Source of the DNA: an uncultured Bacteroidales bacterium
Lineage (GTDB): Bacteria > Bacteroidota > Bacteroidia > Bacteroidales > WCHB1-69
Reading direction: 5' to 3'
Assembly: GCA_937949745.1 (NCBI GenBank)
Contig: CALECM010000105.1
Coordinates: 42,877 to 106,876, forward strand
Length of the DNA: 64,000 nucleotides
Numbering within the stretch: position 1 is the stretch's first letter; each line of letters begins with the position of its first letter. The notes under the pieces are model-generated. The model was not told the origin of the DNA. It did no database searches and was given only the letters and a program-made list of their open reading frames with translations. The position numbers and the translations under genes were made by a program. Of this stretch, positions 25,401-34,138 are shown one piece after another.

Positions 25401-28400
25401 GAAGACAGGAAGATTATCTTTTTTCACATTAACCGGAGCAACGTAACTACAACCGTTCTGAGATATCCCTTTAACATAATAAGTACCGGCAGCATTCACG
25501 TTCGAGGGATCGGACACCGGATTAGTACATAAACTATCCGTATAATAAGTCAATGCTATTTGGTCGATACTACCCGAGGAAGGTGTCAGTGAAGTAAGAT
25601 CAACTCCGTAAGATCCGCAAATCACAACGGTATCGAATGCAAACGGTGAAAGCGCAAGCACATGAAGCAGAAGATCTTCACCTTCTCCATAGTCCTTAAA
25701 CATACAATTATAAAAATTAGCATGTTGAGAATTTGCCACTCTGTTATTCCCGTCTGTTACCGCATCATTTAAACTAAAATAACCGGAAAAATCAATATTA
25801 TGGATTTTAATATATTCACTGTTGGAAGAAGGAAAAGCGATGGCTGCTCCGCTATATTCCACCATCATGGGTTGTTGGTGTACCGGTTTAAGAATACTAT
25901 CCATGATGATCAGGTTAACAGGGAGCGTACCAAAATCCGGAATATTAAAATTTCCTGTTTGCCGGCTGTTATCTGCTGCGATCTTAATATTTATATCCGG
26001 TAATTCACAGTAATCTTTGGCATTTCCAGTATATAAATTCTTAATATTATTTAGTTGCGTATTAATATTGCCTTGTGGCTTTATAAGGTAAACCCCTTCG
26101 AGGGCATCGTAATAAGCCGTGTTGGAGCCCGGAGTTGCCGACGCAAAAAGAGCGGCATTTTTTATCGCTATGGCTGAACTGCTTGCGGAGGTATTACCCG
26201 GATTCCATCCTGAAGTTTTCATTTCCAGATACCTGAAGTTTTCGGGAAGGGAGATCCGGCGGCTTCCGTACCTGGATATCCCTACTGATTTGGCGGAAGG
26301 TATTTCGAACGTGCCAGCAAAAATAATATCCGTACAAGGATCCTGCGGAGAAGGAGGAGCTGAATTGGAAATATCGATCGCGTGTTTATTACCTACCGAC
26401 GGCAAAATTTTAAGGTTACGGAAATATATTCCCTGGGTACTGTTAATGTTAATAGCGCTATAAGTAGACCACAGTTGTGCTGATTCTATTGTGATATCAA
26501 TGAAATATCTCCGTAAAGTGGTATTGATCTGGTCGGCAGCACCGGCGTAAAAGTTAAGTACGGAATATTGAGTCATACGGGGTGAAAAACTACTGGATCC
26601 GATATTACGGAATTTAACCTTACGCATGACCAGTCCATCCGTAGTACCGGAAATTGTCATGTAATATTTATGCGATCCTGATCCGGCAAAGGCTACATTT
26701 TCACCGTCAAAAATTACATTATCGAAAAGCATATTGGGTAAAAACCTGTAAACCGCGTGGGTCGCATTGGCGCCGCCGCCGGTATTAGGACCTATGGAAG
26801 AAGCTCTTTCCGGATAAAAATCCTGGTCAAATCTTCCGACATATTTTATTCCGGTTTTAGCAAAAGCACCGTCTCCATATGCCGAAAAATAATAGATACC
26901 CTCATCTAAAAAATAGGTCGCACCGGCTACGAGCGATGGTGTCGAGATGACCCCGTTCGGCACGAGAATTACCGTACACGGGTAAGACCGGTTAGAGTAT
27001 TCAATAAAAAGATCCCTCATTTCTCCGTGTTGGATCGGAATACCATTATAAAGATCCTGCCGGGTAACATAATAATATTCCCCCATGGTATTGGTATGGT
27101 CGATCACAGGATCCGCAAAATCCTCACCGATAGTCACCGGAAAAATACCGGCGTCCGTAGTAGTGGCCATTGGGAAACCAGGATTTTCCGGTAATGTCAT
27201 GATCGTGTCGGTAATATATTTGTCTTTGGTAGTGGTCCCGCAGGCATTGGTCACCCCTATCGATAAAAGTTTTTCATCATCATTTTCCCGAACCACATAC
27301 CGCAATGTATCGGTGGTTTGTCCGGAAATCACGGTTCCGTCTACCGCCCATTCATAACCGGTTACCGGAGAACCGTTAGCGTTTGCCTTAACCACAACCT
27401 CGAGCGTCTCACCGGCGCAAAGCGTGTCGATAGCCGAAATAAGAATAATCTCCGGTTTGCCTGATACGTCGACGGGAACAGCATTGCTTTTCACCATACC
27501 ACAGGCAGTAGTGTTAATTTCATATCGTAATAATTTCCCGTCATCCGACCTTTCCATTGTATCCGTAGCAGGATCCAATACGATACCGTCCAATGTCCAT
27601 TTTCCACTACCCGGAATCATGATATTATCCACATCCGTAATAGCGGGAGGCGTTTGCATTCCTAATTCAATTCCTTCACAAAGAGGTGCCGGAACAGTTA
27701 TGGTCGCCATCTGGGGCAATGAGTTTACCGTTACCGTACAACTTCCACCAGCCGGCAAACCGCTGTTATTGGCATCTCCCACACTGACCAGGGTATAGGT
27801 GGTAATTCCCGGTGAGGCAGGATTAACCCTGATAATATAAGGACTGGTATAGATATTCGTAATGTTTTTGTTTGAAATGCCGTCGTTATAGGTAAGCGTC
27901 CAGGGGGCGATTCCGGTAAAGGAAAAGATAACCTCTGCGGTCCCGTTTTCACATAGAGTTGTATCGGCGCTGATAGTAACCGTAGGTATGGCGTGCCATA
28001 AAGCGCCCAAAGTGATGGTATCCGTTATCGTAAAAGGAATTTCATCCCACCTTGTGCCGTTTCTCAGGATTTCCCATCCCACGAAGGAATAGCCGTCCCG
28101 GACAGGATTTTCGTGATATCCTGATATTAAACCGCCGTTATGTGTTATTTCATAATAATTTTTAGCATTATCCGAAGTATCTTTTTGGTAATATTCCGCA
28201 CCTTTATAAAGCAGGTCCGGCATAGAAGTCCACTGTCCGCCGCGCGCGTCGAATTTAGCCCATAGAATCTCTATCGCTCCCACATCGGGATTATTCATAT
28301 CCCTTGTATATCCGCGTTGATCATCCGGAAAGGTGGTGGCTACGCCCTGCCTGTAAGCCAGACCAAAGACATCTTTTCCGTCATTGGGCAACAGGGAAAC

Positions 28401-29840
28401 CGTCGGGATAGACCGGTAAAACCGATTATCGGATTCATTGGGATTTCCTGCGAGATGTCCGTTAAAATTTTCCCATAAAACAGGAAGGGAATTCCCGAAA
28501 ACATTCTGCAAGGTCATATCGGAAGACAATGTCGAACCGTTATCGTAACCGAGATTTTTGTTTGTTGTAACATTGGGAAAAGTTGGATTTAAAAGTGCCT
28601 TTCCGCCGACATTGGCATGATTATTGGTAATTTCCTGAGAACCGCTTAGAATATAATTACCCAGAATAATATTATTTTTCATCGTAAAGGTCGGCCGGCC
28701 GGAACTGCTGGCATGGAATCCTATCCCACCACCCCGTGGGTAACTGCTTCTGGTATAATTACGGATAATCGTATTATTTTCCAAAATTACCGGTGTGGCT
28801 AAGGATGCTTGTATCGCTCCTCCCGAAGTGGCCACATTGATTGTACTACCGTAAGTCGCCGGATTGGCATCAATACCTTCATTACCATACATGGTGCAAT
28901 TCACAATGTTATTCACGGCACCCTGACCATAATTTTCCATAAAGACCGCGCCTCCGTCATCAGCCGCCGAATTCTTATAGAAAGTGGAATTACGGAGATC
29001 CAGTATCGTGTAGTTTGAAGCTCCCCCGAAAATTGAAATAGCGCCTCCGTCCGAAGATCCGTCAGGAAGCAATGTCCTGTTACCTTCGAAATAACAGGAA
29101 TCGATCATTAACCGGCATCCTGCAGCATTGTAAGAAGAAATGGCTCCACCTTTCGTTAAGGCGTAATTCTCCAGGAAAACAGAGTTGGTTATTTTTAATG
29201 TTGAGCTGATATTGATTACCCCTATGGCGCCGCCTGAATAACCCCCTGCGCCGGTTGAAACATTTTTATAAAAAGTACAATGATTGACCGTTAAATTACC
29301 GGTTCCCTTAATGGCTCCACCGTGATCACCTCCGGTATTATAAGTAAAGGTACAATTTTGCACTTTGATATCGGTCGCAGCATATACCAATCCTCTGCCA
29401 GCATTGGAAGTAAAATTTACGTTATCAAAGACATAAATACCGGAATTATTAGAACTAATATTTATGCCGCCGCCGTCCGTGCCGTGTTGATTATTATCAA
29501 TATCGGTCTGGGTCCTTCTTCCTTTAAAAGTAATATTGCGAACGGTAATGGTACCGGCAGACGCACTTTTTGTAAAAGTAAAATGCCTTTGGTTATTCAG
29601 GATCTGTAAAGTTTTCCCGTTCCCGTCAATGATAAAGTCAAGTGCATGCGGTACAGAAAGAGAAATCCCTGTTATATCCGTAGGGAAACTATTGGAGAGT
29701 TGGATAATATCACCCGCCTGAGCAGCTAAGACAGCATCAATAAGTTCCTGTTCAGTATCTACCGGAACAGTTCGTTGCGCCAGGAGTCCCGGCAATGTAA
29801 ATAAACAAAAGAGTGCAATAAAAAAATATTTTTTTTTCAT
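22455..29840 (-). CDS. giant (2461 aa) secreted multidomain protein: Pmp-type beta-helix, Listeria/Bacteroides repeat, Ig-like domains, two ~700-aa paralogous modules, HYR-like domain, C-terminal FISUMP domain
   Basis: Signal peptide MKKKYFFIALFCLFTLPGLLAQ. Repeated GGAI motifs (GGAIKGTG, GGAIGVIN, GGAISSYN, DGGAISIF, DGGAVFME, SGGAIQAS). GYSFVGW repeat. C-terminus CWTAENL...YGRLYTW...CPEGWVLPT...GFSALPAGY...FWTAT...SIRCVK. Confidence 0.8.
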   Translation of the reverse strand: MKKKYFFIALFCLFTLPGLLAQRTVPVDTEQELIDAVLAAQAGDIIQLSNSFPTDITGISLSVPHALDFIIDGNGKTLQILNNQRHFTFTKSASAGTITVRNITFKGRRTQTDIDNNQHGTDGGGINISSNNSGIYVFDNVNFTSNAGRGLVYAATDIKVQNCTFTYNTGGDHGGAIKGTGNLTVNHCTFYKNVSTGAGGYSGGAIGVINISSTLKITNSVFLENYALTKGGAISSYNAAGCRLMIDSCYFEGNRTLLPDGSSDGGAISIFGGASNYTILDLRNSTFYKNSAADDGGAVFMENYGQGAVNNIVNCTMYGNEGIDANPATYGSTINVATSGGAIQASLATPVILENNTIIRNYTRSSYPRGGGIGFHASSSGRPTFTMKNNIILGNYILSGSQEITNNHANVGGKALLNPTFPNVTTNKNLGYDNGSTLSSDMTLQNVFGNSLPVLWENFNGHLAGNPNESDNRFYRSIPTVSLLPNDGKDVFGLAYRQGVATTFPDDQRGYTRDMNNPDVGAIEILWAKFDARGGQWTSMPDLLYKGAEYYQKDTSDNAKNYYEITHNGGLISGYHENPVRDGYSFVGWEILRNGTRWDEIPFTITDTITLGALWHAIPTVTISADTTLCENGTAEVIFSFTGIAPWTLTYNDGISNKNITNIYTSPYIIRVNPASPGITTYTLVSVGDANNSGLPAGGSCTVTVNSLPQMATITVPAPLCEGIELGMQTPPAITDVDNIMIPGSGKWTLDGIVLDPATDTMERSDDGKLLRYEINTTACGMVKSNAVPVDVSGKPEIILISAIDTLCAGETLEVVVKANANGSPVTGYEWAVDGTVISGQTTDTLRYVVRENDDEKLLSIGVTNACGTTTKDKYITDTIMTLPENPGFPMATTTDAGIFPVTIGEDFADPVIDHTNTMGEYYYVTRQDLYNGIPIQHGEMRDLFIEYSNRSYPCTVILVPNGVISTPSLVAGATYFLDEGIYYFSAYGDGAFAKTGIKYVGRFDQDFYPERASSIGPNTGGGANATHAVYRFLPNMLFDNVIFDGENVAFAGSGSHKYYMTISGTTDGLVMRKVKFRNIGSSSFSPRMTQYSVLNFYAGAADQINTTLRRYFIDITIESAQLWSTYSAININSTQGIYFRNLKILPSVGNKHAIDISNSAPPSPQDPCTDIIFAGTFEIPSAKSVGISRYGSRRISLPENFRYLEMKTSGWNPGNTSASSSAIAIKNAALFASATPGSNTAYYDALEGVYLIKPQGNINTQLNNIKNLYTGNAKDYCELPDINIKIAADNSRQTGNFNIPDFGTLPVNLIIMDSILKPVHQQPMMVEYSGAAIAFPSSNSEYIKIHNIDFSGYFSLNDAVTDGNNRVANSQHANFYNCMFKDYGEGEDLLLHVLALSPFAFDTVVICGSYGVDLTSLTPSSGSIDQIALTYYTDSLCTNPVSDPSNVNAAGTYYVKGISQNGCSYVAPVNVKKDNLPVFGPLPTIDTICSGNVLGYINPPAVSDPSSIIIPGTGRWILDRQYFDPENDTLILWDDGKQLYYEVNTRCGWVKSDGIIINVVDVPSLEYFTQIPTLPVGGHLAVSVRAVDNGSPITNYQWYIDGNILLASGPDEDTLHYTIQSINDDGRILTLHAENGCGITSSSHYYKDTITLLRQNPLFPVVSKADNTVTPVSVDHDFTPPVITPLSSPTIRYTGPYYLVTDDQVLLQRYADSIAIDPDKTVPVFIPYANTTFDCKIFAGMDVNVLGQPSDHSSRTIFVDEGNFSMVEAGNIFNKPGIQIVGASSDVGNPSVILSDVPGGNKVRYNFSYPILLENLVFDGNNIELDDYYFAISGGMQSDSLVMDNITFWNIGSSVSTASTNKSVLFVEDGEERNVRARRYLSGITFESASLNTDYSLIELSTADGIYFRDIKVSTNAGNDYAVSISNSMVFADNHINSGNRNIIFAGTLDMPADKKIRIQQYCSRSISFPGMYRFARLNSGWIPRDVNSFAMEILTRSQFDGNNDITNGVFYDIADGTYIVKGNLNPTVQLDNIQSLLWSMAKDYCMIYNPTIKYITSDGTVGGFDLPYYNDIPVDVVFQNSIDDPFRQDPSYVISHDGSGIACDNTYLWNVKMHNLDYSSNYTLYQAAINNDGTTIKNARPSNFYNTIFKAYTPDVNPLMLSVYACNNPGVFEIVCREDTLITLPYGVCNADIDLSLPTVIHWGDSAGIDPGIVLSNNIPQGYVFGAGIHEVIWTATDVCDSVISCSYWIVINNSPCGINDTIWTINRTVDSVVTVIAVDYENNEYSTVRIGCDCWTAENLISTLDRDGNAIQSGVYQAGLYPDTNLNRQRYGRLYTWDAASRQGSADTMGRTPGICPEGWVLPTVKQYETLIPYGSDALRSPGEWLQDNTATNTTGFSALPAGYYDSAVRSFYFLLGDAYFWTATSGKTAHIRYLCPVLQIEDMKAVNGASIRCVKVD

Positions 29841-29979
29841 TATGGTTATTTTAGAAGGTTTTCATGTGGTTTAACTCAAATAGGATAGTTATATCATAGT
29901 CACTATATTCCATAATCCAGCCATAATGCTATTTTGAAGAAATAAGATTTACGTTCTTAACATACCCGTTTTGAGGGTG

Positions 29980-29987
29980 CAAAAATA
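29980..29987 (-). promoter_or_regulatory. Bacteroidota -7 box (TAnnTTTG)
   Basis: TATTTTTG on the minus strand, 139 nt upstream of the giant-protein ATG at 29840. Confidence 0.35.
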
Positions 29988-30181
29988 CTAAAAATAAATT
30001 ACAAAATGCTTTAATCTATTAAGATATTACACTTTTACGGCAGAATTGTTAATATTCAACAGGATAAAAAAACATAAAGTTGAAAATATTAAACAGGATA
30101 AAAAATAAATAATATTTAAACCATTATTTTTTTACCGTTTATTAAAGAAAATATGTCAATTATATAAGATTTTCGGTCAAT

Positions 30182-31051
30182 CTATTTACCAGAACTCTTA
30201 GGTTCCACATAGTGAGGTATTTTATTCCTGTTTACGATAGAATAAATAAGAAAGCCGATACCGAGTATAACAAAAGGAATACTGAGGATCTGTCCGATAT
30301 CCAGCCGCATGAAAGATTCTTTGGCTACCTGTACTTCCTTGAAATATTCAATAATGAAACGCGCCGTAAATACCACGATGAGCAGAATTCCTGTCGTTCT
30401 GCCGGGAGGAACGTTTCCTTTGGCGATTTTGAAATAATAGAAAACCAGTCCGATATAAGTCAGGAAATAAACAAGGGCTTCATAAAGCTGGGCGGGATGA
30501 CGTAATGTACCGGCGATTCCTGGACCGCCACGGGTAAAATTGAATGCCCACGGAACATTGGTAATACTTCCCACGATCTCATGATTCATTAAATTCCCAA
30601 TTCTAACCAAAGCCGCCGCAATAAGTACTACCACAGCCAGGCGGTCGATGAGCCAGAAGAAATTCATCTTATGTTTCCAGGCGAAATAGACCATGAAAAG
30701 CACGATGGCAATAACGCCCCCGTGGCTTGCCAGTCCCTGAAAGCCCGTAAAATTCCAGTCTTCGTCAAAAGGCAATATGATCTGGAGAGGTGCCCTTATA
30801 AAATATTCGGGTTCGTAAAACAGGAAATGACCTATACGTAATCCCACAATGGTCCATACGATGGTCCATATAGCCAGTTTATCCAGTAATCCCTGTGAAA
30901 GTTTTTCGTATTTGAAAATCCGCTGTAAAGTAAGGTAAGCCAATAAAAACCCGACACCCAAAAAGATGCCGTACCACCGTAATTCAAAGGACCCGACGGA
31001 TAAAGCAACCGGGTCTACCGTCCAGTTGATAAAAGCTAAAAAAGAGTTCAT
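30182..31051 (-). CDS. lgt: prolipoprotein diacylglyceryl transferase
   Basis: LRWYGIFLGVGFLLAY, GLRIGHFL, HGGVIA, HPAQLYEAL motifs. Confidence 0.85.
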   Translation of the reverse strand: MNSFLAFINWTVDPVALSVGSFELRWYGIFLGVGFLLAYLTLQRIFKYEKLSQGLLDKLAIWTIVWTIVGLRIGHFLFYEPEYFIRAPLQIILPFDEDWNFTGFQGLASHGGVIAIVLFMVYFAWKHKMNFFWLIDRLAVVVLIAAALVRIGNLMNHEIVGSITNVPWAFNFTRGGPGIAGTLRHPAQLYEALVYFLTYIGLVFYYFKIAKGNVPPGRTTGILLIVVFTARFIIEYFKEVQVAKESFMRLDIGQILSIPFVILGIGFLIYSIVNRNKIPHYVEPKSSGK

Positions 31052-31069
31052 AAAGTGGAATTAAAAAGG

Positions 31070-31077
31070 CAAAAATA
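31070..31077 (-). promoter_or_regulatory. Bacteroidota -7 box (TAnnTTTG)
   Basis: TATTTTTG on the minus strand, 18 nt upstream of the lgt ATG at 31051. Confidence 0.5.
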
Positions 31078-31122
31078 CAAAAAAAAGGTTAAGACCGAAA
31101 AGGGACGATTAAAGGTTTTTAG

Positions 31123-31130
31123 TACCTTTG
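31123..31130 (+). promoter_or_regulatory. Bacteroidota -7 box (TAnnTTTG)
   Basis: TACCTTTG, 37 nt upstream of ATG 31168. Confidence 0.5.
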
Positions 31131-31167
31131 CTCGGTTAATTATGGAAATAACTTAAAAAATAATCAT

Positions 31168-32565
31168 ATGAACCCCATGTTTAATGCTTCCGTTTATCAA
31201 AAACGACGTGAAAATTTAAAAAGACAAATTAAATCCGGTATTGCCCTGTTCTTAGGAAATGATGAGGCTTCCATGAATTATCCTTCCAATACTTACCGTT
31301 ATAGACAGGATAGTAATTTTATCTATTTTTTCGGTATATGGGCTTCGGGACTTGCGGCCGTTATAGATTTTGACGAAAACAGAGATATCATTTTCGGCAA
31401 TGATTTCGAGATAGACGATATTATCTGGATGGGTGACCAGCCCACAATCAGTTCTCTTGCGGAAAAGGCAGCCGTACAGGACTCCCGCCCGCTACCCGCA
31501 CTGGCGGATTATATCCGGAAAGCAATTTCCCAGGGAAGGACCATACATTTTACGCCGCCATACAGAGGACATAATAAAATTACCTTATCGGATCTGACCG
31601 GAATACCGGTAAATGAAGTGAGGGAAAAAGCTTCCGTGGAATTAATCAAAGCTATCGTGAATTTAAGGTCGGTTAAAGAAGATGTGGAGATCGCTGAAAT
31701 TGAAAAAGCCTGCGCCATAGGTGTGGAAATGCATAAAATTGTCATGCGGGGTTGTAGACCCGGAGTTCCCGAACTTGAACTGGCGGGACGCGCCGAAGGG
31801 GTCACTTTATCGCAGGGTAACGGCGTATCATTTCCGGTGATCCTGTCTCAACATGGTGAAACGCTACACAATCATTCTCATGACGGCATTCTGCAGGAAG
31901 GTCGCCTACTGTTGATGGATGCCGGTGCGGAAGGCCTTATGGGTTATGCTTCCGACTACACCCGCACATTACCCGTTTCAGGGAAATTTACGGCCAAACA
32001 ACAGGAAATATATGAAATCGTACTCCGTGCCAACTTAAGCGCTATCGAGGCTGCCAAACCCGGTATTTATAACCGGGAATTACACCGGCTTGCTTCGGAA
32101 ATCATGGCTTCGGGACTCAAAGAACTGGGACTTATGAAAGGGGATATCAAAGAAGCGGTGGAATTAGGAGCCCATGCCCTGTTTTTCCCTCACGGACTGG
32201 GCCACCAGATGGGTTTGGATGTTCATGATATGGAGGATTTGGGAGAAAATTACGTAGGTTATGATGATACGATAGAGCGAAGCGGGATTTTCGGATGGGG
32301 TTCCTTACGTATGGCGCGGGAATTAAAACCCGGATTTATCGTAACCGTAGAACCCGGACTCTATTTTATTCCCCAGCTTATCGATATCTGGAAAAAAGAA
32401 AATAAATTCACGGACTTTATTAATTATGATAAAGTGGAAGAATACCGGGATTTCGGAGGTATCAGGATTGAAGATGACGTACTTATTACGGAAACCGGCC
32501 ATAAAGTATTAGGCCCGCCGCTGCCCAAAACCGTTTCGGAACTGGCTGATATTATTGGAAAATAA
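31168..32565 (+). CDS. aminopeptidase P family (M24B Xaa-Pro aminopeptidase)
   Basis: YRQDSNFIYF N-terminal domain. Metal ligands in LLMDAGAE..YASDYTRT, HGLGHQMGLDVHD, VTVEPGLY, GGIRIEDD. Confidence 0.8.
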   Translation: MNPMFNASVYQKRRENLKRQIKSGIALFLGNDEASMNYPSNTYRYRQDSNFIYFFGIWASGLAAVIDFDENRDIIFGNDFEIDDIIWMGDQPTISSLAEKAAVQDSRPLPALADYIRKAISQGRTIHFTPPYRGHNKITLSDLTGIPVNEVREKASVELIKAIVNLRSVKEDVEIAEIEKACAIGVEMHKIVMRGCRPGVPELELAGRAEGVTLSQGNGVSFPVILSQHGETLHNHSHDGILQEGRLLLMDAGAEGLMGYASDYTRTLPVSGKFTAKQQEIYEIVLRANLSAIEAAKPGIYNRELHRLASEIMASGLKELGLMKGDIKEAVELGAHALFFPHGLGHQMGLDVHDMEDLGENYVGYDDTIERSGIFGWGSLRMARELKPGFIVTVEPGLYFIPQLIDIWKKENKFTDFINYDKVEEYRDFGGIRIEDDVLITETGHKVLGPPLPKTVSELADIIGK

Positions 32566-32670
32566 TTTATTTTTCACGGGAATTAAATTTCCCGGACCTT
32601 ATAGAGTCCATATTCTACATTGCCTGTAAGGCAGGTTCGTGTGTTGAATAAAGATTTATAAAATATTGAT

Positions 32671-34002
32671 ATGATCATTATGAAAAAATTAATGGGCCTT
32701 TTTTTCTTATTTCCTTTATTCTTACAGGCTCAGGAAATCTATGACCTGGAAAAATGTATCGAAACCGGACTGGCCTATAATTATGATATCAGGATCGTGA
32801 GGAATAACCAGCAAATCGCTGAAAATAACGTAACCATTGGTAACGCAGGCTATTTACCCACACTTGATTTTTCCACCGATTATTCCGGAACATTGAATAA
32901 TTTACAGCAGCAGTATCCGACTAACGGAGATGAAATGATCACCAGTAAAAATATTCTGAATGATGCTGTAAATCTGGGAATAAATCTGAACTGGACGGTT
33001 TTCGACGGTTTAGCCATACAGACCAATCATACCCGTCTGAAAGAATTGCAGGAAATGGGTGAATTGAATACCCGCCTGGCTATCGAGAATTTTATTGCCG
33101 AAATTGCCGGGGAATATTATAATTACCTGCAACAAAACATACAATTCAATAATTTGAAAGCCGCCGTGGATCTTTCCAAAGAACGTTTACGCATTGTAGA
33201 GGCCAATTACAATATCGGATCCATGTCCAGGCTCGATCTGCAACAGGCCAGAGTCGATTTTAATACGGACAGTTCGCGGCTGGTCAAACAGCGGGAGATG
33301 GTCTTTTCATCCAAGATCACGCTGAATACGCTGATGGGCCTCTCGGATGTGGAAAAGCCTGTCATGACCAACGATACCATTATCGTGATGGATACGTTGC
33401 CCACGAAAGAAGAACTTTGGCAACACGCATTACAGCATAACGCATTTTTATTATTATCTGAAAAAGAGATTTATTTAAGCCGGCTCGATTTAAAGACCCT
33501 GCAAAGTGTCAATTATCCTTATCTGAGGATCAATGCGGGGTATGGGTATACCCACAGCCGCAACCATAATCAACTTTCATTTTATAATAAACAAAATACC
33601 CTGGGCCTGAATTACGGCGTGACACTGGGCATCAGGATTTTCGACGGAACGAACCGTAACCGCCAGCAGAATAATGCCAGAATTACCATTGAAAACAGGA
33701 AACTGGAATATGACCAGTTATTGTTGAATATCAAAGGTGACTTTTCAAATCTGTGGATGGCCTATCAGAATAATATGGCGCTGTTGAATCTGGAAGCCGA
33801 GAATGTAAAAACGGCGGAAGATAATTACGAAAATGCCATTGACCGGTATAAACTGGGAGATCTTTCGGGCATTGAATTAAGGGAGGCCCAGAATAGTCTT
33901 TTAGAAGCGGAAGAAAGACTGGTCCATACCCAATACAATACGAAATTATGTGAGATTTCCTTACTCCAGGTTAGCGGGAGAATATCGGCTCTCCTTAATT
34001 AG
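32671..34002 (+). CDS. TolC-family outer-membrane efflux protein
   Basis: Signal peptide ending LFLQAQE. Duplicated coiled repeat architecture with LDLQQARVDF / LREAQNSLLEAE. Confidence 0.75.
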   Translation: MIIMKKLMGLFFLFPLFLQAQEIYDLEKCIETGLAYNYDIRIVRNNQQIAENNVTIGNAGYLPTLDFSTDYSGTLNNLQQQYPTNGDEMITSKNILNDAVNLGINLNWTVFDGLAIQTNHTRLKELQEMGELNTRLAIENFIAEIAGEYYNYLQQNIQFNNLKAAVDLSKERLRIVEANYNIGSMSRLDLQQARVDFNTDSSRLVKQREMVFSSKITLNTLMGLSDVEKPVMTNDTIIVMDTLPTKEELWQHALQHNAFLLLSEKEIYLSRLDLKTLQSVNYPYLRINAGYGYTHSRNHNQLSFYNKQNTLGLNYGVTLGIRIFDGTNRNRQQNNARITIENRKLEYDQLLLNIKGDFSNLWMAYQNNMALLNLEAENVKTAEDNYENAIDRYKLGDLSGIELREAQNSLLEAEERLVHTQYNTKLCEISLLQVSGRISALLN

Positions 34003-34045
34003 AAGATGAGGCTGGTAGAATCTATATAGATTACTTTCTATTCTT

Positions 34046-34107
34046 CTGCTGTAACTGAGGATTCGATTTTCAATAACATACAGATCCTTCGTTTCACTCA
34101 TGATGAC
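34046..34107. repeat. degenerate inverted pair of the dispersed palindromic repeat family
   Basis: ctgctgtaactgaggattc (34046-34064) and gatccttcgtttcactcatgatgac (34083-34107). Confidence 0.5.
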
Positions 34108-34138
34108 CAAAAGTTTAACTGTCCGGGCATCTTCGGTA

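Noticed and set aside
29841-30181. Invertible (phase-variable) promoter upstream of the giant gene
   Set aside because: Only short 6-bp inverted repeats and an AT-rich direct repeat (aacaggataaaaaa twice) are present. There are no long flanking inverted repeats and no nearby site-specific recombinase.
32566-32670. Possible tRNA or small RNA from the gcaggttcg-like string and hairpins after the aminopeptidase gene
   Set aside because: It has no cloverleaf arms, no T-loop GTTCGAATC-type consensus and no acceptor stem. It is probably a weak terminator region.
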